Under the pieces are notes generated by a model. That model did not search any database. It saw only the letters and a program-made list of their open reading frames with translations, and had not been told where the DNA came from. Below are positions 50,429-59,547 of a stretch of DNA of 64,000 nt, piece after piece (within the stretch, counting starts at the first letter, position 1; each line of letters starts with the position of its first letter). The DNA lies in assembly GCA_027007615.1 (NCBI GenBank), contig JALTFB010000031.1, positions 314 through 64,313 on the forward strand, given 5' to 3'. Source of the DNA: Candidatus Shapirobacteria bacterium (GTDB lineage Bacteria > Patescibacteriota > Microgenomatia > UBA12405 > UBA6130). The position numbers were made by a program, and so were the translations under genes.

Positions 50429-52117
50429 TTAAACCTTCATCAACAAAGGCAGTATCATCGGTTGGCGCTGCGTTTCTCGATAAACATATTCTTCTACCGC
50501 TGCTTGGACCTTTTGCCGCACCAAGGCAAAGTCTTCCATCGCTTCAGCATGATACGTTTGATTAAAGATCTGCTCTGCCAAACGGGCAATTGTTTTTAGG
50601 AATTGCCTATTTTCTTTCTCGTAAACAAAACCGCGGCTCATTACTTGTATCGGCTGAAGCAATTTGCGCCGCCGGTCGTAAATCATTACTATAACCAGAA
50701 CTCCTTCCTTAGCTAAAACCCGCCGGTCGCGCAAGACAACTTTACCCACATCGCCAACTCCCAAACCATCCACAAAAACTTGGCGTAATGGCGGTTGTAA
50801 TTCCTCTGTTTTCAAGCCAAAGCGGCTATAAACCAAAACGGTATTTTCCTTAGGAAGAACCAGTTGGCTATCCTTAAAATTAAGCTCTTTAGCCAATTGC
50901 AAATAGCGCTTTGCCTGCCGGTAACTCCCACCGATCGGCGCAACATAGTGCGGCCTCGCTAATTCCAGGAGCAGAGCCAATTCCCGCCGCGCCCCGTGGC
51001 CGGAAACATGAATCCGCCCATTTTCAATTTCATGGTAAACCACGTCCGCGCCTTCTTTTATTAAATTATCAATCATCGTGTAAATCCCCTTATTAGTGCC
51101 GGGAATATAATCGGGCGATGAAAAAATAATCCTGTCCGTAGACTTTATTTTTAAGCGATGTTGGCCGCTGGTAACCCTATAAAGCGACGATCCCACCTGC
51201 CCCAAACTGCCCCCGATAAGGAATGTCAATTGCTTATCCGGCAATTTGCGGGCCCGGCGCAAATCGACCAAATCCCTATTCTCAAGCTTAAGATAACCTA
51301 ATTTTTGGGCTAATTTCACATTTTTTCCCACTGACATCCCCACCAAGCAAATTTTGCGCCCCTGCTGGCGGGAAACGGCAATTGCTTGTTGCCAACGGTA
51401 AATATTGGAAGAAATGGCCGTTACAAAAACGCGCCCCTTAGCCGTTTCTATCTGCTCTTCAAACATAGACGCTAACTCCCGCTCCGAAGGGGAAACGCCT
51501 TCTCTCTCCGATCCCAAAGAATCGGATAAAAGGCCTAAAATTCCCTCATCGCCCAAACGGGCAATTTTTGCCAATTGGCTAGGTTTATTGTCAAGAGGAT
51601 GGGGATCAAACTTAAAATCGGACCCGTGGTAAAAGTTGCCTATCGGCGTGCGGATAAAATAATGGAAAGTGTCGGGGATGGAATGGGTTACCCTGATCGC
51701 TTCCGCTTCGAAAACGCCAAAACGGACTTTATCGTCCGGCTTTATTTCCTGTATCTTGATTCCCGGGACACCATAATCCAATAGCTTTTCTTCTATCAAC
51801 CCCTTGCTCAAACGGCTAGTATAAATCGGCACGCGCCGTTTAAATTGGGTTAAAAAGAAAGGCAAGGCGCCGATATGATCTTCGTGCCCGTGGGTTAACA
51901 GAATGCCAACGACTTTCTCCTGCCGCTGCAAAACATAACTAAAATCGGGGATAATCATATCTACACCAAGGGCATCGGCATTGGGAAAGCCAACGCCGAC
52001 GTCAATTATTAAAATTTGGCTTCCTTCCTCTTTGCCTTGAGGCAAAAAGTGGTAAGCGTACATGTTTTGCGTCACCTCGCCAAAGCCACCCAAACTAACA
52101 ATTTTCAAAAGGTCCAT
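50429..52117 (-). CDS. rnj: Ribonuclease J (metallo-beta-lactamase/beta-CASP)
   Basis: THGHEDHIGALP motif. beta-CASP and C-terminal domain. Confidence 0.85.
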   Translation of the reverse strand: MDLLKIVSLGGFGEVTQNMYAYHFLPQGKEEGSQILIIDVGVGFPNADALGVDMIIPDFSYVLQRQEKVVGILLTHGHEDHIGALPFFLTQFKRRVPIYTSRLSKGLIEEKLLDYGVPGIKIQEIKPDDKVRFGVFEAEAIRVTHSIPDTFHYFIRTPIGNFYHGSDFKFDPHPLDNKPSQLAKIARLGDEGILGLLSDSLGSEREGVSPSERELASMFEEQIETAKGRVFVTAISSNIYRWQQAIAVSRQQGRKICLVGMSVGKNVKLAQKLGYLKLENRDLVDLRRARKLPDKQLTFLIGGSLGQVGSSLYRVTSGQHRLKIKSTDRIIFSSPDYIPGTNKGIYTMIDNLIKEGADVVYHEIENGRIHVSGHGARRELALLLELARPHYVAPIGGSYRQAKRYLQLAKELNFKDSQLVLPKENTVLVYSRFGLKTEELQPPLRQVFVDGLGVGDVGKVVLRDRRVLAKEGVLVIVMIYDRRRKLLQPIQVMSRGFVYEKENRQFLKTIARLAEQIFNQTYHAEAMEDFALVRQKVQAAVEEYVYRETQRQPMILPLLMKV

Positions 52118-52129
52118 TTTCTTCTCCTC

Positions 52130-53176
52130 CTACCAACTGGGTATAAAATTTTTAATATTATCGGGTGTAACCGCCACTTTAGTGGCTTTACCGCTAACAA
52201 TCATCATCGCCACCTGACGGCAAATTTTTTCAATATTGCGCTTGAGGGTACGGACTCCGGCATCAAATCCAAGCGGCCGGACAATTAGCGGCCAGCAAGC
52301 GTCGGCAATTGTCAATTCCTGGGGACGGAGACCGGCCGCCTTCATGGCTCGGGGTAAGAGATAGTCCTTACCAATAATAGTCTTCTCTTTATCGGAATAC
52401 GAAAGCATGGCTATCGGCTCTATTCTATCCATCACCGCCGTAGCTATCCTATTGGTATTATTTGCCGTGGCGACAAAAAGCACCTGCGACAAATCAAACG
52501 GATAGTCAATGAAATGGTCGTTAAAGCGTTGGTTTTGTTCAGGATCCAGCAGTTCAACCAAAACACCCATGATACTGCTGAGAGCCGACTCCGCCACCCG
52601 GTCAATTTCATCAAGGAGAATTACCGGATTACGCACCTTAACTTGGCGCAGCCCGCGAATTATCCGGCCCGGGCCGGCATAGGGATAAAAACGCGATTGG
52701 CCGCGCAAATAATAAGAATCTCCCAAACCGCCAAAAGGAATGCGGATAAATTGCCGCCCCAACGCCTGGGCGATAGCAGACGCCATGGTTGTCTTGCCGG
52801 TGCCCACCAGACCGACAAAACAAATCACTGGCGCCCTGCTTATCGCTTCCTGGCCGCGCTGCTTTTGCAAAATTAACACCGATAAATATTCTAAAACCCT
52901 CTTTTTAACGCTTTCCAGCCCGTAATGGCTATCGTCTAAAACCTGCCGGGCGCGCTTCAGGTCAAGGATATCTTTACTTTGCTTATTCCAAGGCAGGTTT
53001 ACAATCCAATCAATATAACTGGCCGTCCGCTGATAATTAAGGAAAAAGCTCTCCGTGCCCACCAACAATCCCAACTGGTCAAGCATTTCTTGCAGTCTTT
53101 GTTGCAAATCGGAAGGAATATCAGCCCCGGACAACTGCCGACGCAAATTTTCTAATAAATTATTTTTCTTTTCCAT
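52130..53176 (-). CDS. Lon-family AAA+ ATPase module only (no N-terminal LON domain, no S16 peptidase domain)
   Basis: 348 aa, collinear with E. coli Lon residues ~250-600: ..YIDWIVNLPWNKQSKDILDLKRARQVLDDSHYGLESVKKRVLEYL..VICFVGLVGTGKTT..ELLDPEQNQRFNDHFIDYPFDLSQVLFVATAN... The ORF stops where the protease domain would begin; RNase J follows 13 nt later. Confidence 0.7.
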   Translation of the reverse strand: MEKKNNLLENLRRQLSGADIPSDLQQRLQEMLDQLGLLVGTESFFLNYQRTASYIDWIVNLPWNKQSKDILDLKRARQVLDDSHYGLESVKKRVLEYLSVLILQKQRGQEAISRAPVICFVGLVGTGKTTMASAIAQALGRQFIRIPFGGLGDSYYLRGQSRFYPYAGPGRIIRGLRQVKVRNPVILLDEIDRVAESALSSIMGVLVELLDPEQNQRFNDHFIDYPFDLSQVLFVATANNTNRIATAVMDRIEPIAMLSYSDKEKTIIGKDYLLPRAMKAAGLRPQELTIADACWPLIVRPLGFDAGVRTLKRNIEKICRQVAMMIVSGKATKVAVTPDNIKNFIPSW

Positions 53177-53220
53177 TATTTCAATAATAGCACGAATGAA
53201 GTGGCAAGGGGGTTTATTTT

Positions 53221-55377
53221 TTATCTCCTCTTGCGCGGGTGATCAAAATGGGAATGGAAATTAGAAAATTTCCTCGGAGGTCGATCACGACGGTAATCCC
53301 CGCCGGAGCTGGGATGGGGTTGGCCCGGAAAAGGCATTTCCGGCCGCAAGTTCACTCGGCCCATATCATCAATCTGCTTAACCACAACTTTAATGTTCTG
53401 CCCGGGCTTAACCACGTCCGCCGGATCTTTGACAAAACCTTCGCTTAAATCGGAAATATGGATCAAACCGTCTTTGCCAGGCAAAAATTCCACGAAAACG
53501 CCGAAAGGCTGAATTCTGTTAACTACTCCTTCGAAAACCTCTCCCGGTTTTACTTCATGAGTTAGCGCCTCTATTTCCTCAATCGCTTTTTTTACACCTT
53601 CATGGGAAAGGCCACTCACAGTTACCGTTCCGTCATCTTCGATGTTAATTTCACAATCTGTTTCCTCACTCATTTTGCGAATTACCCGGCCTCCCGGGCC
53701 AATAACTTCGCCAATCTTGGCCGGAGCGATATGCAAAAGGGCAATTTTAGGAGCCAGTTGGGAAATTTTCGCCCGCGGCTTGGCTATCGTTTCCGCCATA
53801 ATCGCCAAAATCTTGCCGCGCGCTTTTTGGGCCCGATCCAAGGCTCCCTTAACAACTTCATCACTGAGCCCATGGGTTTTAATATCCACTTGCACCGCGG
53901 TAATGCCTTCATTTGTCCCCGCCACCTTGAAATCCATATCTCCATTGAAATCTTCAATGCCGGCAATATCCAGCAAAAACTTAAAATCCTTACCTTTGGT
54001 CAGCAAACCGACCGAGATGCCAGCCACCGGGCTCTTGATGGGCACACCGGCATCCATTAATGACAGTGTGGAACCGCAAACGCTGGCCATCGAAGTGGAG
54101 CCGTTGGACGACAATACTTCGGAAACCACACGAATAGTATAGGGAAATTTGTCTTCGCTGGGAATAACCGGCTCCAGGGCGCGTTCCGCCAATGCCCCGT
54201 GGCCAATTTCCCGCCGCTTCGGACTGCCAAAACGGCTCAACTCGCCGCTGGCATACCCGGGCATGGAATAATGATGAATATAGCGCTTGCTTTCTTCGCC
54301 TTCCGCGCTTTCAATTAACTGTTTCAAGGAAGGCGCTCCCAAAGTGGCTACCGTTAAAACTTGAGTCTTGCCCCGGGTGAAAACTGCCGAACCATGGGTT
54401 CGCGTCAAAACCCCCACCTTGGCGCTGATGGGGCGGATTTCATCATCGGCCCGGCCATCGGGGCGGTGCCCTTTCCAAATCATATCCCGAACTGCCTGCT
54501 TCCAAAGCTTTTCCACCGCCAAAGTTACCCGCAAGCCGCCCATTTCTTCGGCCAACTCCCCCTTGGCTATTTCTATCAGCTCGGACAAATCGTCACTCTC
54601 TGTTGACAATAGTTTGCTTATCCTTTGGCGCATTTCCTTGCCAATAACCTTTTCCACTTTTTTCAGTTCTTCTTCATTGGGATAAGAAGAAGGGCTGTTA
54701 TATTTTTTGCGGCCAATTTTGTCACCAATTTTAGCCACGAATTCAGCCAAACGAAGACTTTCTTTCTTGCCAAAAAGCACCGCCCGATAAAAATCTTCTT
54801 CTTTTACTTCCCGGGCGCCGGCCTCGATCATTACAATTCCCTCTTTGCCGGCCGCTACCGTCAGGTCTAAATCGGAAAATTTTTGTTCTGTTTCTACCGG
54901 GTTGGCAAAAGGCTGGCCATCACGCCAGCCAACTTGCAAGCCGCCGATCGGGCCTTGCCAAGGCAAACTGGAAATTTGCAACGCCGCCGAGGTGGCCATT
55001 AAAGCCACAAAAAGCGGATCGCTTTTGAGGTCCACCGAAAGCAACGTTAAGGCAACCTGCACTTCATCGTAAAAGCCTTTAGGAAAAAGGGGCCTCACCG
55101 ACCTGTCCACCAGACGGGCAATCAAAACAGCCTCGTCGGAAGGGCGGCCTTCCCTTTTTACCCAGCGGCTGCCCTTGATACGCCCGCCGGCATAAAGCCT
55201 TTCAATATATTCAACCTGAAGAGGAAAATAACCCAAGTCTTCTCTTGACTTGCCGCGCACCACCGTAGCCAAAATCATGGTTTCACCATAGCGGGCAATA
55301 ACGGCGGCATCGCTATGAAAAGCAAAACCGCCGCTGGCAATCGTCAACGTCCTGCCGCCAATATCAATACTGAACAT
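53221..55377 (-). CDS. pnp: Polyribonucleotide nucleotidyltransferase (PNPase)
   Basis: Two RNase PH domains, KH and S1 domains. Start set to ATG 55377 (MFSIDIGGRTLTI..); the track ORF start at 55404 overlaps the rpsO stop. Confidence 0.9.
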   Translation of the reverse strand: MFSIDIGGRTLTIASGGFAFHSDAAVIARYGETMILATVVRGKSREDLGYFPLQVEYIERLYAGGRIKGSRWVKREGRPSDEAVLIARLVDRSVRPLFPKGFYDEVQVALTLLSVDLKSDPLFVALMATSAALQISSLPWQGPIGGLQVGWRDGQPFANPVETEQKFSDLDLTVAAGKEGIVMIEAGAREVKEEDFYRAVLFGKKESLRLAEFVAKIGDKIGRKKYNSPSSYPNEEELKKVEKVIGKEMRQRISKLLSTESDDLSELIEIAKGELAEEMGGLRVTLAVEKLWKQAVRDMIWKGHRPDGRADDEIRPISAKVGVLTRTHGSAVFTRGKTQVLTVATLGAPSLKQLIESAEGEESKRYIHHYSMPGYASGELSRFGSPKRREIGHGALAERALEPVIPSEDKFPYTIRVVSEVLSSNGSTSMASVCGSTLSLMDAGVPIKSPVAGISVGLLTKGKDFKFLLDIAGIEDFNGDMDFKVAGTNEGITAVQVDIKTHGLSDEVVKGALDRAQKARGKILAIMAETIAKPRAKISQLAPKIALLHIAPAKIGEVIGPGGRVIRKMSEETDCEINIEDDGTVTVSGLSHEGVKKAIEEIEALTHEVKPGEVFEGVVNRIQPFGVFVEFLPGKDGLIHISDLSEGFVKDPADVVKPGQNIKVVVKQIDDMGRVNLRPEMPFPGQPHPSSGGDYRRDRPPRKFSNFHSHFDHPRKRR

Positions 55378-55400
55378 TTCTTTTCCTATCTGGTTTGATT

Positions 55401-55670
55401 TCATTTTTTTAACTTTAACACTTTAATTAATTCCTGATAACGGTTCTTATCGTGAGCCATCAGATAACGGAGAAGCCGGCGGCGCTTGGCAATTTTACTT
55501 AATAAACCTCGCTTCGCCGGGGCATCATGAATATGCACCTTAAGATGAGCCAACAGTTTATTAATCTCTTGGTTTAATAAGACTGCCTGAACTTCCGGTG
55601 ATCCCGTATCTCCTTTCCCACGGGCAAATTTACTAATGATATCTTTCTTTTCGTTTGCTGTCAAAGGCAT
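55401..55670 (-). CDS. rpsO: 30S ribosomal protein S15
   Basis: MPLTANEKKDIISKFARGKGDTGSPEVQ.. N-terminus. Confidence 0.9.
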   Translation of the reverse strand: MPLTANEKKDIISKFARGKGDTGSPEVQAVLLNQEINKLLAHLKVHIHDAPAKRGLLSKIAKRRRLLRYLMAHDKNRYQELIKVLKLKK

Positions 55671-55690
55671 TTTCTACCTCGTTTATAAAT

Positions 55691-55724
55691 TTAACGCTGT
55701 TATTTATTGTAACAGAAATTTAAC
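55691..55724 (-). promoter_or_regulatory. Hairpin flanked by direct repeats in the rpsO 5' leader (candidate S15 autoregulatory structure)
   Basis: CTGTTA-TTTATTG-TAACAG inverted repeat flanked by two AAATTTAAC direct repeats, 20-50 nt upstream of the rpsO start. Confidence 0.2.
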
Positions 55725-55768
55725 ATTAGTAAACCCCCAAATTAAGTGGCCAATTGTTCCGCTTTAAT

Positions 55769-56659
55769 TTAATTTCCCTTGGGGGTGGTGGAGCCGCGAA
55801 AAATTTTTGGCGTCGGAAAAGTCACTTTTGTTTGGCTAAACAAACCGCCGCCTTCCTTTGATTCCACATTTTCAACCGGCTGCTTATCGGCCTCAACGCC
55901 GGAAATGGCCGGTTGTGGTGATGGCGCCGGTTGGGCTACAGATTGAGGACGCGGCTGGAAAACCTTGAAACAAAGCGCGGCTGTCTCCAAAGTATGGTAA
56001 TCGCGAACATTAGCGAATGATCTTGTCGCCTGCCAAATACCCCGATAAAGGTTAGCGGCAATCTTAGCATTAAAAGGAAGCCCCAAGCTTTGGATTAACC
56101 TGGCCACCACCTCCGAGTAGCCGGATTGCGAATCGGCCAAATTAAACCTTACTCCCGGTTGGTTCACCCTTCCCTGGCGATCAAACCACACCCAGCAGGG
56201 CTCTCCTTGCAACCAGCTTGCCGGCATTTTGACCGCCGTTGAAGCGCCAAAAAGAAAACCCATATCAGGTTTTTCCAATAATGTCTCCACCGCCACTTGC
56301 TCCTTCTTTATCGGCTCGGCCCCTTCTTTGAGGCGAACCACCAATTGCAATTGGCCCCGGCTGTCATCGGAAGAAACTTTCTCAATTTTTTCCAGAGGAT
56401 AATGCAAAGCTATAGTCAAATTTTCTTGGCCGAGATTTGTCCTTAAATTTTCCACTCCGGATAGTTGCCGCCAATCACCTTTAGCCTGTTGGCCAACAAA
56501 AACTTGGCCCTCTTTCTGGGCTTCACGCAAGCTTAAAAATAAAGCTAAGCCGGCGGCAACCGCATCGAAATCAGCCTCGGCAATGACTACGGCCACCTGC
56601 CGGGACTTATTTAAAGCCGCTGCCAATTCCTGGCTCTGGTTATTAATTTGTTGGTTCAT
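55769..56659 (-). CDS. Hypothetical protein with weak NrnA/DHH-like N-terminal resemblance (degenerate) and a Pro/Gln-rich C-terminal tail
   Basis: 296 aa in the slot normally held by rbfA/truB between infB and rpsO. ..VAVVIAEADFDAVAAGLALFLSL.. resembles DHH motif I but without His. No DHH or GGGH motif. Tail PRPQSVAQPAPSPQPA. Confidence 0.35.
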   Translation of the reverse strand: MNQQINNQSQELAAALNKSRQVAVVIAEADFDAVAAGLALFLSLREAQKEGQVFVGQQAKGDWRQLSGVENLRTNLGQENLTIALHYPLEKIEKVSSDDSRGQLQLVVRLKEGAEPIKKEQVAVETLLEKPDMGFLFGASTAVKMPASWLQGEPCWVWFDRQGRVNQPGVRFNLADSQSGYSEVVARLIQSLGLPFNAKIAANLYRGIWQATRSFANVRDYHTLETAALCFKVFQPRPQSVAQPAPSPQPAISGVEADKQPVENVESKEGGGLFSQTKVTFPTPKIFRGSTTPKGN

Positions 56660-56661
56660 TG

Positions 56662-58158
56662 TTATTCCTCACTTTTTTTATTGCTATAGGATATTAACAT
56701 GTCACCAGGCTGGAAGTCAAGTTGCGGCGATAAGATTAAACCACATTCATTGCCGGCGGCTACCTCATCAACCGGCTGCTTCCCTCGCCGCAGGGAAGAA
56801 ATCCTCGCCTCACCCAAATCTTTATTTCCTCTTGCCAGGTGAACATGCCATCGCTTATTAAGTTTGCCCTCCAAGACCCGGCAACCGGCTACCTTTTTGC
56901 CGTCAAAGGGAAAAACTTTTAATATTTCCGCCCGGCCGGCCGCGGCCGCTTCCGAGGCCGGTTGTGTCAACCGCAAAATTTCTTCTCCCATAGTTTCAAA
57001 AAGTTCATAAATAAGGGTAAACGTGCGCCAAAAAACCCGGTGCTGGCGGGCTTCTTTTTGGGCGGCCAAGTTGGCGCCGACCCGAAAGCCATAAATCTGC
57101 GCTCCGCTGGTTTGAGCCAAAAAAACATCGGCTTCGCTAATCTCGCCGACGCCCAGGCTGATAATCTGCGCCTCCGGCGGCAAATTCCGCTCCACCGCTT
57201 CCAAGCTCCCCTGGCTATCGGCACGAATAATTATTTTCAGTTTTTTTTCTTCTTCCTCGGCAGCTTTCCCTTCTAAAAGCGCCAACAGATCTACTTTTGC
57301 TTCTTCTGATTCTTTTCGCGCCGCGGCGGTCAAATCATCATCACGGTTAACGGCGTGAGCCGTTAAGGGCGATCCCGGCGGCGGCGGCTCGCTAAATCCC
57401 AAAACCTCCACCGGCTGGCCGGGGCCGGCCCATTTTATATTCTGGCCGCTTGGCGAAAGGATGGCTCGCACCTTAATCGCTTCCTCGCTTAAATATATTG
57501 TCTGCCGTGGCTCCAAATGGCCATTCATCACAATCACTGTTGCCGCTGCGCCGCGGCGGGCATCCTTCTTGGCTTCCAGCACCACACCCCGGAATTCCCC
57601 ATCAGGATTGGCGTTCAGCTCCAATATCTTTCCCATCAAAACAATCAACTCTAGCAAATCGTCAATGCCAGCGCCCGTTTTGGCTGAAATCGCCACCGTG
57701 GGTATTTTGCCTCCGTATTCCTCGGGCGGGTAGCCCAATTCCACCAATTCGCTTTTCACTTTGTCGGCATTAGCCGTTTCCAGGTCAATTTTATTAATGG
57801 CCACAATAAAAGGAATTTTAGCTTCTTTTATATGTTCCAGGCATTCCTTTGTTTGCGCTTTAACCCCTTCGTCGGCGGCTACCACCAATACCGCCAAATC
57901 GGTCAACTGGGCTCCCCGGGCGCGCATTTGAGCAAAAGCGGCATGGCCGGGGGTATCAATAAAGGTAATCTTTTCCGATTGCTTATCAACATCAATTTCA
58001 ATTTGATAAGCGCCGATTGTTTGGGTAATTCCTCCCGCTTCCCGAGCGGTCAAGTTACTCTGGCGAATTTTATCTAAAAGCGTGGTTTTGCCATGATCTA
58101 CATGGCCCATGATGGTTACAATCGGTGGACGCAACAGCAATTTTTTCTTTTTTTTCAT
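56662..58158 (-). CDS. infB: Translation initiation factor IF-2, short form (498 aa, no N-terminal domains)
   Basis: G domain [28 protein letters not shown], followed by the beta-barrel domains. Confidence 0.9.
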   Translation of the reverse strand: MKKKKKLLLRPPIVTIMGHVDHGKTTLLDKIRQSNLTAREAGGITQTIGAYQIEIDVDKQSEKITFIDTPGHAAFAQMRARGAQLTDLAVLVVAADEGVKAQTKECLEHIKEAKIPFIVAINKIDLETANADKVKSELVELGYPPEEYGGKIPTVAISAKTGAGIDDLLELIVLMGKILELNANPDGEFRGVVLEAKKDARRGAAATVIVMNGHLEPRQTIYLSEEAIKVRAILSPSGQNIKWAGPGQPVEVLGFSEPPPPGSPLTAHAVNRDDDLTAAARKESEEAKVDLLALLEGKAAEEEEKKLKIIIRADSQGSLEAVERNLPPEAQIISLGVGEISEADVFLAQTSGAQIYGFRVGANLAAQKEARQHRVFWRTFTLIYELFETMGEEILRLTQPASEAAAAGRAEILKVFPFDGKKVAGCRVLEGKLNKRWHVHLARGNKDLGEARISSLRRGKQPVDEVAAGNECGLILSPQLDFQPGDMLISYSNKKSEE

Positions 58159-58193
58159 ATTCGCCTTCCTTATCTTGCCAACCGCAACGCTGC

Positions 58194-59312
58194 CTAATCA
58201 TTGTCCGGCTGGCTAACTTTTCTTACTTTCTTGCTTTTTCCGGCTCCTTCCGCCTTTTTAATTTTCCTCTTGGCCGGCTTTCGGTCACTTTTCTTTGCCG
58301 CGGCCTCCTTGGCCCCAACCTCCTCAGCGGCAGCCAGAACTTTAATTTCATAACCCACTAATTCTCCTGCCAGATCCACATTTTCTCCGTGCACTCCAAT
58401 AGTCCGCGCCAATTCCTCTTCGGGAACTTTAACTTCGATAACTTTTGCTTTCTCATCGATTTTGCCAACAACAACATGCTCAGCCGGAGAAAGAGCCGCC
58501 TTCACCAATTGGTTAATATCATCGCTAAAAGGAATAATGTCTATTTTCTCGCTGCCCAATTCATCCATTACCACATGAACCCGCGATCCTTCTTGGCCGA
58601 CACAAGAGCCAACCGGATCGACACCGGGCTGATGGGACCGGACGGCAATTTTGGTGCGTTTGCCGGCACGGCGGGCAATGCGGGCGATCTCCACATTGCC
58701 GGAAGTCACCTCGGGCACCTCGCGCCGGAACAGCTCTTCCACCAACCGGGGGTCGCTGCGGGAAACAACCATCATTTTTCTGTCTTCTTCCTCACGTATT
58801 TCTTTAAGATAAAAAGCCATTTTGGTCGAGGGCGTATATTTTTCTCCTGGTACCTGCTCCTCTCGAGGCATAATTGCCTCGGCCTTGCCTACACCAACAA
58901 CTATGCCACTATTGTCAATACGCAGAATTACCCCATTAACTAAAGTGCCAATCCTGTCGGCAAACTCGGCAAAAATAGCTTCCCGCTCCGCCTCGCGAAT
59001 TTTTTGGACAATAACTTGTTTAGCTGTCTGGGCGGCGATACGGCCAAAATCCGGCGGCGTAACCTCTTTTTTCTTGCCATCCGCACCAATTTGAAAAATG
59101 CGCGCCGAACCCGACTCCGAATTCAAATCCACCTCATACTCAATTTCCGGATCGAGTGCCTCTCCCCGCTCGCGGGCATCTTTCTTGTAAGCCGCAATGA
59201 TCGCCAGCCTGACCGAGGCAATAATTGTCTGCGCGTCAATTCGCCGTTCCCCGGCAATTTGGGCTACGGCGGTCGCAAATTCGGTGCGCGGCAATTTCTT
59301 AAAATCAATCAT
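58194..59312 (-). CDS. nusA: Transcription termination/antitermination factor NusA
   Basis: N-terminal domain, S1, KH1/KH2. Basic C-terminal tail KKSDRKPAKRKIKK... Confidence 0.85.
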   Translation of the reverse strand: MIDFKKLPRTEFATAVAQIAGERRIDAQTIIASVRLAIIAAYKKDARERGEALDPEIEYEVDLNSESGSARIFQIGADGKKKEVTPPDFGRIAAQTAKQVIVQKIREAEREAIFAEFADRIGTLVNGVILRIDNSGIVVGVGKAEAIMPREEQVPGEKYTPSTKMAFYLKEIREEEDRKMMVVSRSDPRLVEELFRREVPEVTSGNVEIARIARRAGKRTKIAVRSHQPGVDPVGSCVGQEGSRVHVVMDELGSEKIDIIPFSDDINQLVKAALSPAEHVVVGKIDEKAKVIEVKVPEEELARTIGVHGENVDLAGELVGYEIKVLAAAEEVGAKEAAAKKSDRKPAKRKIKKAEGAGKSKKVRKVSQPDND

Positions 59313-59324
59313 TTTATTTTTACT

Positions 59325-59350
59325 TCAAAAAAGGCGGTACTCCACCGCCC
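59325..59350 (-). terminator. Terminator-like hairpin immediately upstream of the nusA start codon
   Basis: On minus: GGCGGT-GGAGT-ACCGCC followed by TTTTTTGAAG, ending ~14 nt before the nusA ATG. No Shine-Dalgarno seen between them. Confidence 0.4.
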
Positions 59351-59547
59351 CTTTTAACTCGGCTTAATTGTAGCAAACCTACCCATTGAGGTCAAACCAG
59401 TGTACAGGTTACATACTTTTGAAACTCAAGAGCCGCTGTTAACAGATAATCAATGGGTGATTGATCATTTAAAGATTTCTCTGGCCTAACAGTATTCCAT
59501 TTCCAAGACGAAATGTATCTTGCCAGATGGTGGCTTATTTTCTCATT

